From positions 62,001 through 108,404 of the forward strand of contig KZ538178.1 in assembly GCA_000934665.2 (NCBI GenBank): 46,404 bases of DNA, written 5' to 3'. The stretch's first letter is position 1, and each line of letters begins with the position of its first letter. Under the pieces are notes generated by a model. The model was given only the letters and a program-made list of their open reading frames with translations. It searched no databases and had not been told where the DNA came from. Both the position numbers and the translations under genes were made by a program. The stretch is from Catajapyx aquilonaris (Eukaryota). Of this stretch, positions 1-11,994 are shown one piece after another.

Positions 1-987
1 TTCACTCGGGTCCCAACGACGCTCTTGGCGACGTGCACCACTCACTATGATGTAGTCCAGGTTCTGAAAAGCGGTACAATGTGACAAGTTCAAATTGTTG
101 GCCATACTTCTTTCTGCAGGATTAATGGATCCAGGGCTCTCAAAGACACTGCTGTTTTCATACGTATCAGACTGGCTGTAAGAATGAACCATGAGATGTA
201 GGTTTGACAAGAGATCTACATGGATGTTGCAAGCACGGTGGAATTTCGTGGAGGATAACCAAATGATCCAAACTTACAGCAGGGTCAGTCTTGATCTCAA
301 AGTGGTTGTCACAGAGATGGCACTTCATTCGGAACTGGTAAATGGGGGTGGAGTAGTACATCCCGACTTTCTTCTTCTCTGCGTTGTACCTGCATTAAAA
401 GCATGCGATCACCTCTTGCCCCAGCGTTCAATCATGAGACCAAAGAACACCACTCACCTAACTCCCATGCCAATGTGGTTCTTGCAGCCCTCGCACCAGA
501 TGTTGTAGGGCATCTCAAAGCGGATAATGAGGATGCCCATGTGCAGCTTCCTCGCCCTTTCTCGGAGGGCATGGGTACCTTGGAACTTGTTGAGGCCGCC
601 TTTCGCCGGGTTGTAGTCCGGCGGGTAGTACTTGTTCACTCCCTTGCGCTCACCCTGGAAGGATTTATGGTAGGGTAACATTACGTCACACTGCACTATT
701 ATGACAGGCGAAACAAAATGGGAAATTTCTCTGTCGCAGAAGCCGTCCATAGCAAGGGAAAGCATATTATGGCCGAGTTACACAACTGAAGGTACACCTC
801 TACCAGATTCTGTTACATGCCGGCGGCATTCCAGAAATAACGTTTAGGTTCGAGGCGGGCTCAGGAAAGTGGGCTCGACGGCCCGTCAACTTTACATTGA
901 CACATGGGACCTGTTCGTCATATAGTTTCAGGTTGTAATGGCCATGGTATGAATACTAGGGCACAATCGAATTGTTCTTCTTACCAT
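1..987 (-). CDS. CCDC130: Splicing factor CCDC130/YJU2B, 5' part (runs off window start); exons 987-985 (ATG only), 654-458, 389-278, 63-<1
   Basis: Spliced translation MGERKGVNKYYPPDYNP...IRFEMPYNIWCEGCKNHIGMGVRYNAEKKKVGMYYSTPIYQFRMKCHLC...IKTDPANLDYIIVSGARRQ is the Yju2/CWC16 (DUF572) N-terminus. All junctions are GT-AG and in phase. Confidence 0.95.
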
Positions 988-2297
988 GTTTGGTTCCTAG
1001 GTCAGGTCACTTGAAGCAGATGGGACAGAGCACCGGCTGGAGAGCTGGGACGGACAACCAGAAACTTCCCGCCAGCACCCTCCAGACCCTACGAGAAATG
1101 CAACGTTTTATCTATCGGCGCAATTTTATCATAATTGTAATAATTAATTATTAATCCCCAGCAATAAATACGCAATCATAGAGTAAGCAACCCACCCAGT
1201 CCAGCTTGGTTCGTCCTCTGGCCGGTAGGTAGTCGTTCCGGCAAGTGGCGCCGCCACTCTACCAAAATCTTGCCCAAAGTGCGATAGAATTTTTTTGCAA
1301 ATTTTTTTTGCGCAATTCCCACGTTTTTCTACGACGCATCTGGTCGAATAATTGCATGCACGTTAAAGGATTTGAGAGGAATTTTTGATGGAAACAGTGT
1401 GGTGGTCAACGATGCCAGCGAGACAATGGGCAGCAGTAATCATGTGGCCGTGCGGTGCATATGCGCATACTTTCCAAGTAGGCCATTCATGGTACGGGCC
1501 CCAGGGTACGGCAGGGAGACAATAATTTTCTTTACTTCAAGACGGCACCGTCCTGGATTGTCATATTAGCATGATGTGTTGTTACAAGTCTGCAGAGGTT
1601 GTCATCCCTGCCGTTCCTTGCAGGGTCCTGCAACAGAAGCGAGGTATTGGGGAAATTCCGTCGCAATTCTTCAATTTCCTTCCGTCCCCGAGCGCTTTAT
1701 TGCATGATTCGAGGCTCCCTTTTCGATGGGGCCACGACGGGCCGGGGCGATGCAACATGGCCGTCGTCCGACCCTGCCCGTTCCAATCCTCCCCTCCGTC
1801 TGCTGCTGGAAATCACCAAAGAAAATGAGGGGAGAGGAGAGGAGGGTGGAGGGCGGTGACGTCAGGAATGGTGACGTAGGAAGGGAATCCCTGCCCCGGA
1901 TTGGTGGGAAGGGGGGGCCCCAAGATGGCGGCCCTCCCTCCCTCCCCCGCAGCAGGCAGAGGGGGGGCGAGCAGGCAGGCAGCAGCACCAGTCCGTCCGA
2001 ATCCAATCCCCATCCGGACTCCCTTCCCCTCCCCTCGCCAGTCCATGTCGGCCTATCGCAGGGGTTGGGTGTCCGCCGCCGCCGATCTTCCTCCCGATCG
2101 CCTGCCTGTGCTCGCCCAGGGGCGGACACCACCACCACCACCACACTGTGCCACCGCTGCTGCCTCCCCACAACCCACTCGCTCCGTGCACCCTCCTCCT
2201 CCTCCACCATCCCTCCTCCTCCACCACCACCACCCGGAGAGGCAGCAGCAACCATCGTCGAGACACGGCCGGAGGTTGTCGGGGGGTTGCCTGCCCC
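988..2297. promoter_or_regulatory. Head-to-head CCDC130/MED26 promoter and GC-rich 5' UTR region
   Basis: Lies between divergent ATGs (987 -, 2298 +); CpG/GC-rich; CRE TGACGTCA at 1857-1864; YY1-type AAGATGGCGGC at 1922-1932. Confidence 0.6.
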
Positions 2298-5200
2298 ATG
2301 CAGCAGCACTCGCCCCTACGAATCAAGGATAAGTTGCTCGGGGCCTTAGACAAGGACTACCATGTAAGGAGGAAAACGCACTGTCCCTGAGGTTGGGGGG
2401 GATGGATGGCCCCGGGGCCAACACTCTTATACACTGCCTGCCTGTGGGGGAAGGAGGAGGGGGGGCGAATGGAACGCTCCATGTCCGTGTGCCGAATGGC
2501 CGTACAGAACACACTGGAGAGAGAGAGAGAGGAGGGGGTGTGCTGGCCCCCCCCCCCTCCCCCTCTCCCTCTATCTATCCTTTTCGGCGGACGGGCGAGG
2601 CTTGGGTGGGCCGCCGGGTAGCTAGAGTGTGCGGTGTGTGTGTGTTGGGGGCCCTCCCGCTCCACCCCCTCCCCTCCCCTGTACTTACGCGGATCGCTTC
2701 GACGACCCAAATTCGGTCGCCCTGGACCGAGTAGACGCGAGTCCGGACGAGAGAGAGAGAAGGGAGAGATCGAGGGGGGGGGGGAGGGGGCGCGCACACC
2801 CCCCTCCTCTCCCTCTCCTACCCTCCCTCCCTAGTGGTGCGAGGGTAGCCGACGCGGCACGGCGCATGCGCACATGCCGCGCACAAAAGTGTTCGAACGC
2901 GCATTTTTTGGTCTCTCCCCCTCCCCTCTCCCTCCCCCTCCCCTCCCCCCCCCGCCTCCTTCCCCACTCTCTACCCTCCCTCCAGCCACCCACCCACAAC
3001 CATTCCCACCTTCCCTCCCCTCCCGACTATCTAATAATGGAACATTCCATGATTTTCCCATACATTTCTTCTGGCTTCACATATTTCATTGTGATTAGTT
3101 ATGTAAGGGAGAGACAGATGGAGAAAAGCATGCCCATCTCATCATCAGATTGTTTGGAAGCAATAAAACATGTATGGGCTGCCCCAATGTATGACCAGGG
3201 AGTGTCGCAGGGGCAGCGTGATGATGGGTGTCCGTCCGCACAGTGCGGAATGGAACGTGCCAAATGTTTGGTGGCAGTTCCTATCCAGACACAGTAGACT
3301 ACAATGTTGGGTTCATTGGGGGAGTCGAACCTGGAAAGAGGGAAGGATTGAGCTTATGTATGATGGGGACAGTGGGAGGAAATGAAACTGTTCCAAAGAC
3401 AGCCCGTGAATATCACACCGGATAACCTGTCATGCGCCATGTTCTGTATCAGACCCATCAGAATAGGACAGGGTATGGAGGAATTATTCTTAATGTCGAG
3501 GGGTTATTGGCCCGTCACTCATTGAAGTGTGGATACCCGAATTAAATTATCATGATTGCATGGAAGCATTTATTTCCCAAGAGGAATAACTGGTGCACAC
3601 TTGTGATAATGACGAGGGGTACACCTCATTATGAGTGGCCAGCACCTTGATCCAAGTATTGTGCAATGTTCACCTTGGTGTGCACCCGATCATAGAGCAA
3701 CAGTGTGCACACTGCTGACAGGATGGGTTGGGTCCCACAGAATGTTCAGCACAGGTGATGCAGCTTTCCAAGGCAGGCACTTATTGCAGAATGTTGGGCG
3801 TGGCATGTTGTGCCCCCAAGCTAACATTTATGCCGTCTACACACAGCCAGAGTAAAAGTGGCTCAGAGCAGCGACAAATGTGGGTACAGGAAATGCAATA
3901 AAATTAAACCGTGCAGCTGCAGATTATTGACAACAGGGAACAAGAGTAACACCATTGCTGGTTCACTTCCAAGGGTTCAGGCTTTGCATTGTGTATGGTC
4001 ATTGCAGCTTGAGCAGCAAAAAGAGTCTTGTGATGATTGACATGGTAGCTTTGTAGTGCTTACCACTAAATGAAGATGCAGTTAGGAGTGTTTATTAATA
4101 TGGCAGTGTTGAGTGAATAGTATACACCCCTTCATTTCTTGCAGGTTGTGGACATGGGAGTGGTTTTGGAAGTCATTGACGTCCTGGAGAGGATGCCCAT
4201 TACCAAGGAGGTGCTCGAGGTCAGTCATTACTTAATACACATTGCAATTTGGGTGAATCAAATGAAACCCGTTCTTGGCATTTAGAGATGACTAGCAGGT
4301 TACCCCGCGTTGCCCAGGTATGTTATGGTCAAAGAGTTCTGCTATTATATAATATAATACCTAGAGGAGGTACTCCTTATCCTTTTCCATTAGACAGGCT
4401 GAGGCAGCCGCCATCTTGTTGGAGGTAATATTGTTGTTCTAACAGTTGTCTAGCAACTGGGATAACAACCAATAATGACAACTGGGCGACAATTAGTTCA
4501 AATTTTAATGTCAGGCGTCCGCCATCTTGTTGGAGGTCATATTGTTGCCTGCATTGTTGCCTGCCTCACATTTCAGGCCGAGTACCTCCTCTAGGTGTAT
4601 ATATAAGGCGTATTCGGCAATTCAGATTATTCTGAGATGCGTCACGTGATATCTGAGTTGTTAGCCCTGCCCCTCAGAAGATTATTGCCGAACTGCCGAA
4701 CTGAGAGACCCCCCTACCCGCCTGTGCTGCATCCCAGTGATATGCCAATGTTCGGGTATTTTGGTGCCGTATTTCGGACGCTTGCGGGTAATGGACTAAT
4801 GGTGCGGGTAAAATGAAAATGCGGGTAAAATCGGGTATTTTCAGGTCCTCCCGCGGGGTTTTTGGGCATTTTGCATTGGCAACACTGCTGCATCCATAAC
4901 AATAATTTGTTTGTTAATTGTTTCTCAGCAAGTAAGTCAGGTCAGGAGTACACTAAGTTCCTGAGCTTGGGAAGTCAGGTAGGGCGCATGCGCACTTACT
5001 TCAGGGGGCGTGGCACCTGATTTGCCGAACATCCAAACAGCCCAGGAAGTCAGATTCCTGAATTGCCGAATACGCCTATAATATAGCAGAACTCTTTGGT
5101 TATGGTGGTAGGGCTACAATGTAATGAGGGCATTACCATGGAAATCTATGAATATTGTTAAATAGGTAATTGATAATAATTGGTTAATTGGGAATATGCG

Positions 5201-8200
5201 TGTTATGGGTGTTAGGTTCATTTTCGGAAGCTGAAACATGCGGCATTAAATTCCTTGAAGAATGTAACCCCCGATATGCTAATTTAAGGCGGTGTAGGGG
5301 CCTTCCCCCGGATTTCTATAAGGTACAAACATCCAAACTGACAAACTTCCTTATTTATAGAGATAGAGATACTGCTGAATGAAGGGACTGGAAATTTCTA
5401 CTATAGCAAGATAGTATACCGTGTACCTTGTAAATGCATAGGTAAGAGCCTGCTCATGCATACCAAGAACACCGCCACAGACGATCCAAGATGGCGTGCG
5501 CCATGTTGAGCATGCCTAAGCGGGATCAGCACATTGTTATCCCACATCTGATGGCCAATGGCAATAGACCCGCGGAAATCCATCGGCACTGTGTGGCAAA
5601 GACTACCATTGTTAAATTGTTCAGGATTCCAAGTTGGTAGAGAATCCACTGCTGACCTTCCCCGACCAGGCCAGGCTCGGCCTGCAATCACACCTGGCAT
5701 CATTACACGTGTGGACCAGCTGATAAGGGGGGNNNNNNNNNNNGGGGGGGGGGATTGTGGGTACATCTGGCTTACTTGGATGTACCTTACACCGTACGCA
5801 TCCTCAGATGGGTTCCCGCCTGTCTATTGCCCTTGCCCATCAGAAAATGAAGAACAGTGCACTGATCCCGCTGAGACATGCTCGACAGTGCACACACTGT
5901 CTTGGATTTGCTGTGGCGGTGTGTGCGGTATGCACGCTCAGGTTCTTACCTATGCATTGCGAAGGTATTGGTACTATCTTGCTGTGATAGAAATTTCACG
6001 TCCCTGTGTTCAGTAGTATCCTGTCTAGACGCCAAGAACGAGTTTCATTTGATTCACCTTAATAGATTAAGATTTGGCATCTTGCAAGCTTGCTGGGGAG
6101 TAAATGCTGCTCCAGTGTGCCCTGGCTTCACCTAAACTTGCCTTTGTATGCCAGGGCTGAAAGATATGCTACACTCCATGCTGATATGCTGCTAATGTAA
6201 ACAATTTGCCGAGCAAGTCCAAGCATAGACCTTCGATCAGGGCCTTCATGTCTCCTAAGGTGGCCATTTGTCGAGTAAGCACTAAAATGAGTTGAATGGG
6301 CACATCCATTAACCCTGGAACTGTGACGTGCCTGACAGTAACGTTAACTGTCATGTAACTGCGTGACCTCTAGAACTCCAGTGGGAAATGTCACTTGGAT
6401 TGTTAGAAACCTATGCACAAACAACTGGAGCATGATGCATGAGGCCTCTGATGATTGTGTAGTTTTTATTTTGCCCCTCGCTTGCAAAAACAGTTGAATG
6501 TCGTCGGGTGCAAGGGTGGACATTGATCGTTCTTCCAACAATGTCAAATATTTCAGGGCCTCTGATAGCGAACTATGACCATTTCACCACAACAACGATC
6601 AAACCATCATATTCTGCACAAGTCAAACTATCCTATGGAATATGTAACTCATTTTTTGACAAACAGTTGACCTTGATCGTATTTCTCCCGAGGTCTTGAC
6701 GTCTTCATATGCAATCATTCTTTGAACAATGCCTAAAATGATTGCTAATTCAAAATAAACATGCATTTCCTGTTATATACTTTTTTTTTTAAATGGCTAC
6801 AGTTCATTGCAATTATCATTTTAATGCATTGTAATTCCTTTGGGGTCCTCAAAGACCCCACGTCACAGTTCCAGGGTTAAACCACTGCAGGATAATATTA
6901 TTATGTTCTGCAGAAACTATGCTCAGCGATTGACGTTGTATGCTGGTGGTTGCAAAAGGTTCATTCGCAGAGTTGTAAATTTGGAGTGCCAAAACAGTAT
7001 GAACTGAATGGTATACGCAGGGTACAGGATTTACTGTCAATTTGTGGAATGTGAAATCTCCACATGGTGCATAGATTTGTTACACGTGAAATTTTCCCAT
7101 AATGAACACTAATTATGTAGTGGAGGGTGTTTCTGAGCCATCCCAAGATCCTGCTGCCAGCATAGCCATTGGCTAAAAACAATTAAAAGAAATGCTGAGA
7201 GGGCAACAGGTAATGATGCTCGTGACGGGACATATTTTCCGGTCCACAGACACAGACAACAACCCACATGGCTGCCCAAAGACAGGCAGAACATCTCGTG
7301 CATTTGCAGTGGCCACCACTGCATGTTCACCTGCTGTTGGTTGTCTGTGCCTAGGGGAAGGAAAATGTGTCGTTACTGGCTGGTCTCTTGACCGATCTCA
7401 TCCCTCAATTCTTTCTACATGTGTTGGGTCACCGACAAAAAAAAAAGGAACCGTAAATTTGAAGAGATTCCGCACTACAATGCTACTGGGCTCACAAACA
7501 CATCTTGTTCAGTCTGTGGTGACTAAGAGGGGCTGGAATAATAATAATAATAATAGGGCAAGTGTCATTACGCAGATATCCCGTATTCTTCTTGCGTAAT
7601 GATTAAGATTGCCCAGAACCATTAAGGAGATAGGGTCAATTGTTCACATGCTTTGAAAGTACCCCTTTCAAACCTAGTGGCGCTCCCGATTAGATTTGTC
7701 AAATTGGTTCGCACTTTTGTGTGCGCCATCTAAGAAACTATTTGAACCATGGGTGTGACATTGAGGCTAAAAAGCTCTTTTACCATGCAAGTTGCCATTT
7801 GGCACAGAAGTATAAAATGTTGGTGCATGATCAGTTCTTGCAAAGGCTTACCTTTGAACAGATGGGATGGTTTATGAGAGTCATGCCGAAGGATTAGAGT
7901 CTGTCTCCCTTCCTAAATGCCTGTTGTTTTTGTGTGTTTCAGACGACACGCCTTGGTCGCCACATTAACGAGCTCCGTCGCCGTACGAGCAGCGAGTCAC
8001 TGGCTAGGAGGGCAAAGGATCTGGTCAGGCATTGGAGGACCATGGTGCTGCCCATGGAGGCTCAGGCCCAGGCCCCTTCCTCCTCTGCAGCAGTGCCAGG
8101 GGGAGGAGGGGGCAGTGGTGGACCTCCTCCCCCTTCCTCCTCGCTCTCCCACCACCACCACCACCAACACCACACCCACCACCCCCACCACAGCCTCACA

Positions 8201-9732
8201 ACGCCTCCCGTCTCTTCAGCGGCTATCTCCGTGGTTGTGCCTCACCAGGCCGGGGGCAGTAAGAGTCCTCAGGGGGGAGGTGGGGACTGGGGGCATCAGA
8301 AGAACAGCAGTCACGCAAGGGTCAGGCCTGCAGGGAAGGCGGGGTTCATGGCCATCACCCGCAGTCCCCCTTCCCGCCCTGGGAGCAGGGCCAGCAACAG
8401 CAGCAGCAGCAGCGCCAGCAGCTCCTCCACCAGTGGAGTGGGCAGCAACGGTGGCCCAAGCACCATCTACAGTCCCAACACTGCTTCTTCGCCTGCCTTC
8501 CTGGTCAACAGGGACATACCCTCCTCCAGCAGCCCCAATCTTCTCCACCCTCACAAGAGCCTTCCGGTATCATCAAGGGCGTCCTCGCTTGGACCCAGGT
8601 GCCCAACCACAGGGCGTTTCATCACCAAGCCTCACTCACCAAGCCCTGCCGTTGCAGGTCAGTAAAGGAACAAAAACCTGTTCCAAATATCCTGCCTCTT
8701 AATGCTGTAGCAACACGGAGTTTGACCTCTTGACCACTTGCAGGAGTGTGGTGCCACTCTGCCCCATGCAGCCCCCTGGTGACATCTGCCCCTAACGTAG
8801 AAGCAGTTCCCAGGACTCACGCTGCCAACAAGCGGCTCCGGAAAGAACCAGAGGAAAACAACGACTCGGAAGACTCTGATGTGATTGTTGTGGGGACAAA
8901 CCTCAGGACTCTCAACGGAGTGGGGAGAGGGGGGGTAGGAGGAGGGGTAGGAGGAGGGGATTCGTCGTCTTCTACCCCGTCCTCTCCTCAAGTCGTGTCA
9001 GGCGGTTCCCCTCCACTCCAGCCCCCTTCCAGCAAGCGGAGGCGAGTGGCGGTAGGCGTGGGGTCTGGGTTAGGGAGGGGCAGGCGTGGGAGTTCTGGTT
9101 TCGGCCCTGGGGCTAACTCTGGGACTCTGAGTGGGGTGGAGGACTTGCGCGAGAAGCTGGCTTCTGTGTCGCGCACCCCAAAGGTGCGGACCACGGAGGA
9201 GATCCTGGAGGACTTGGATATCAAGGGGGCTGCTGCAGGGATTGGGGTGGGTCACAGGTCACTGAGCTCCTCCCTAGTGAAGCACGTGTCTGAAGAGGAG
9301 GTCAACCTCAACAAAATAAGGCACCTGGAGAGGTACTTCCGCTCCCAGGATCTGGTTCGGGACAGGGGCGAGAGCTTCTTCCCCGACGTGGTCAAGCCTG
9401 ATACGCCAGATGACTTCTACCCTGACGGGAAGGTGGCCAAGCAGGAGGAGGAGAGTCCCACTGAGACTGCGGAGGAGATAATGGCCCGTCTCCCTCCGTT
9501 GGACCTGGATGCCATCAAGTGGGATGACAGTGGTAGTGAGGATGAAAGGGAGAGGAAGGTGAAGAGTGAAGTGACCCAGGAGGATGTGGACAGGTACATG
9601 ACCCAGAGTGTCCCAGGTATGAATGGAAACCTGGACCACCAGGGACAGTTCAGAGAGTTCCACGAGACCCTGACGGCGCGGTCTTATGGTAGTGACATCC
9701 TTCACATCCTGCCTTACGCCCTTATTGACTGA
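2298..9732 (+). CDS. MED26: Mediator subunit 26, 614 aa; exons 2298-2363, 4145-4219, 7943-8657, 8744-9732
   Basis: TFIIS-N-like N-terminus (IKDKLLGALD...VLEVIDVLERMPITKEVLETTRLGRHINELRR...LARRAKDLVRHWR), low-complexity middle, and C-terminal Med26_C motif (GNLDHQGQFREFHE...LHILPYALID). Exon phases 0/0/1 are consistent. Confidence 0.95.
4359..4596. mobile_element. Small inverted-repeat module (MITE-like) nested in 4330-5098
   Basis: Perfect 17-bp IR ACCTAGAGGAGGTACTC (4359-4375 / 4580-4596); internal 29-bp direct repeat at 4408-4436 and 4519-4547. Confidence 0.7.
4606..5077. mobile_element. Second inverted-repeat module (MITE-like) nested in 4330-5098
   Basis: Perfect 20-bp IR AGGCGTATTCGGCAATTCAG (4606-4625 / 5058-5077), flanked by ATA on both sides. 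Confidence 0.75.
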
Positions 9733-11994
9733 CCCGACTGACTGACTGACTCACAGGCCATCATTCAAAAAGTGTTCCTTCTTATTTCCCCTTCCCTCCT
9801 CCTGTCCCTCGTGTCGCTCAACCTGTCTCTTCTCCTCCTCCTCACACCCCCCCGTATTGGGGGCCCACACTGTTGTTGGGGAAGGGGAATGGAGTTGAAT
9901 AAAAACATATTGTTGAAACTTTCGTCAAAACGGTTTCAAAACTAGGCGCCTTGTGATTCGGGGTGCAGCAGAAAGCTGCTGCTGCAACCCACTCTGCGTT
10001 GATTGTGTGTTTGTTTTTTTTCAAGCTGTTGTTCAGATGAATTATGTTGTTACAAAAAAAAGAAAGAAGTGTTTTCCAAATTGACGCCCATTTTGAGCTA
10101 AGTCATTACCTATACAGAACCATCACAATTCCCCTTTCGTGCCTTATCCTGCGTCAGCAAGTGTTCTTTGTTATATTTGCCAAGACTGTGTTTTCTGTCT
10201 CCTCCTTGCGTTGAACTCAGGAATTCCGTTGCCCCCCCCACCCACCCAGCCTTGCTTCTTGCCCACACGGTCGCAAGCTTCATTGAGTTGAACTCCTTCT
10301 TGCCTGTTTTTGGCTCTGACCACGCACCCTATTTGCACGCAGGGAAACGATGGAAGTAATAATTTCTTGCAATTGCATGATTATCAAAGTGGTTCAGTTT
10401 GATGATAACCCCCCTCCCTCCGTACTCAAAGGTAGGGAAGAAGGCATTTAACTCAAGACATCATAGAGGTGCCTTGGGCAACTCCTTTGTAACCTGTTTT
10501 CCGGAGGAGAACAGCTGGATGCCTCGATGCAACTACTGTAATATTGGATGTGCATGCCAGCTCTTCTTTTTTAAAAGAAAAGGGAAATTAATAAAAAAGA
10601 TCTGGATGTGCATGAGTTGTTGATGTGTTGCAAATGCATGTACCTGAGGTTTTGTTCTCCTGGTGGGGTCATGACAGCCAAACTGCTCATGTCTTTGGGT
10701 GTCTCTCTAATGATTAGGTTTGCTTTTTCCAAATATATTTATTGCCAAAATAACTGCACATTCCATCCTTCCCCCTGCTACCTTATCACCTCCAAAGACG
10801 TCTGCCCAACAATCCGGTGCTGTTCCCCCTGTATCCAGGTGACAGAAAGCGGTCCTCACACTATAATTAACCACTGTTTTATGCCAAAAATGATTATGCA
10901 GTGGCAGGGGGGAGAAGAAGAAGAAAAAAACAACAACCTGTAATCAAGTTCAATAAGAATACAATCATTTTTTTCTTCAAAAGTCTGTCGTTATAGTATT
11001 TTATTTTTTGTATCGTAACCATCATTGAGGATAACAGTGTTCTCCCTGCATAAATGGAGCACGTTCAAAGAACGTAAATAATACGCAGTGGATATCGCTC
11101 TCACCTTGAACAATTTGGAGTAGGAGGAAATGCTTGAGAATTTCACTTCGTAATTCTCAAGACTAACTGTCCCATTCAATGAAGAATTGTACTGGCCTAG
11201 TTAGCTTCTGCAATAATTGCCTGCAGTGACTGGATGCAAATATTTGGGGATGTAAGCTGGCCCACCCTGCAGCCGTGCTTTATCTGGTTTTCAATAATAT
11301 TCCCAAAACCCTATAAAACTGATTCAGCAAATTGCATAAACACTGGAACTTGTAATTATAGAGCAACCTAAATCGTGGATGAAAAAAAAGCTATAAAAAT
11401 AAACTATGCTTTGAGCAAAAACATGTCAACAAACATCTTGAGAGGCAGACAATAACGGGCTACGAACCAAAAGAAAATCGGCCAGCCAAATAAATTAACA
11501 GTCTATGTGCTCTCGTAACGTCTGTCGATATCCTAACAAGTAAAACCTTTGATTGCAGCAGTCTTGAGTGTTCAACGAAACGTCGTTGCTACTGGTTTCG
11601 GAACAAGTGCCACCGAGAGTGGGTTCAGCTCCTAACAATTACCCTGCGAAACACTCCCACGGGTGCAATGAACAATAGAACAATGCCACGATGCAGCTTT
11701 TATGGTGAGTTGTTGCTGCAGCTGTGGGAGGCACGTGCAGTAAACAATGGCACCTTGCGAATGACCGCATTACCATGAAGAGCTGCGTCATGGTGCAAGA
11801 GTTTTGCTTAACTTGGCACCCACTGGAAAAGTACCCTTCGCACGCATCCAACAATTATTCTTTGGTCCCCTATAATAGTTGTGAGCAGAACCCAACTCCA
11901 AAACTGAATGGTAAAATACCCTGTTGATTCTAATAAGGTAAGACTGGAATATTATTACTGGAATGGATGGCACCATTGCTGGAAGAGTGGGCCT

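Larger units (their letters stand above)
4330..5098. mobile_element. TIR element with 8-bp TSD (P- or hAT-superfamily MITE)
   Basis: TIR CAAAGAGTTCTGCTA / TAGCAGAACTCTTTG; perfect 8-bp TSD GTTATGGT at 4322-4329 and 5099-5106. The CANRG start favours the P superfamily. Confidence 0.9.
4292..5369 (-). mobile_element. Non-autonomous Helitron
   Basis: On the minus strand it starts TC (TCTCTATCTCTATAAATAAGGAAGTTTG...) and ends CTAG, preceded by the hairpin ACCTGGGCAACGCGGGGT. It sits between host A and T with no TSD, and removing it restores colinearity with the opposite foldback arm. Confidence 0.85.
4251..6059. mobile_element. Foldback/MITE-like element with about 200-bp imperfect inverted arms; left arm interrupted by a Helitron
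   Basis: 4251-4291 joined to 5370-5535 aligns with the reverse complement of about 5855-6059 (GGTGAATCAAATGAAAC... / ...GTTTCATTTGATTCACC). Central poly-G tract contains an N gap at 5733-5743. Confidence 0.85.

Noticed and set aside
64..277. Short hairpin ATGTAGGTT...GATCTACAT in a CCDC130 intron
   Set aside because: About 9 bp including G-U pairs; expected by chance.
1671..3297. Many overlapping 140-220 aa ORFs on both strands
   Set aside because: Products of GC-rich, low-complexity promoter/UTR/intron sequence with no recognisable domains; only 2298-2363 is supported as coding.
5726..5753. Poly-G tract with an N run (also the single N at 35809)
   Set aside because: Sequencing or assembly uncertainty in G homopolymers; true length unknown.
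5401..5987. Two similar ORFs on opposite strands (LIPLRHA...LPMH...TILL)
   Set aside because: They are translations of the two arms of the foldback element, not paralogous genes.
6100..6720. Possible decayed coding sequence in MED26 intron 2
   Set aside because: Short ORFs with stops in all frames and no motif I can recognise; needs BLASTX.
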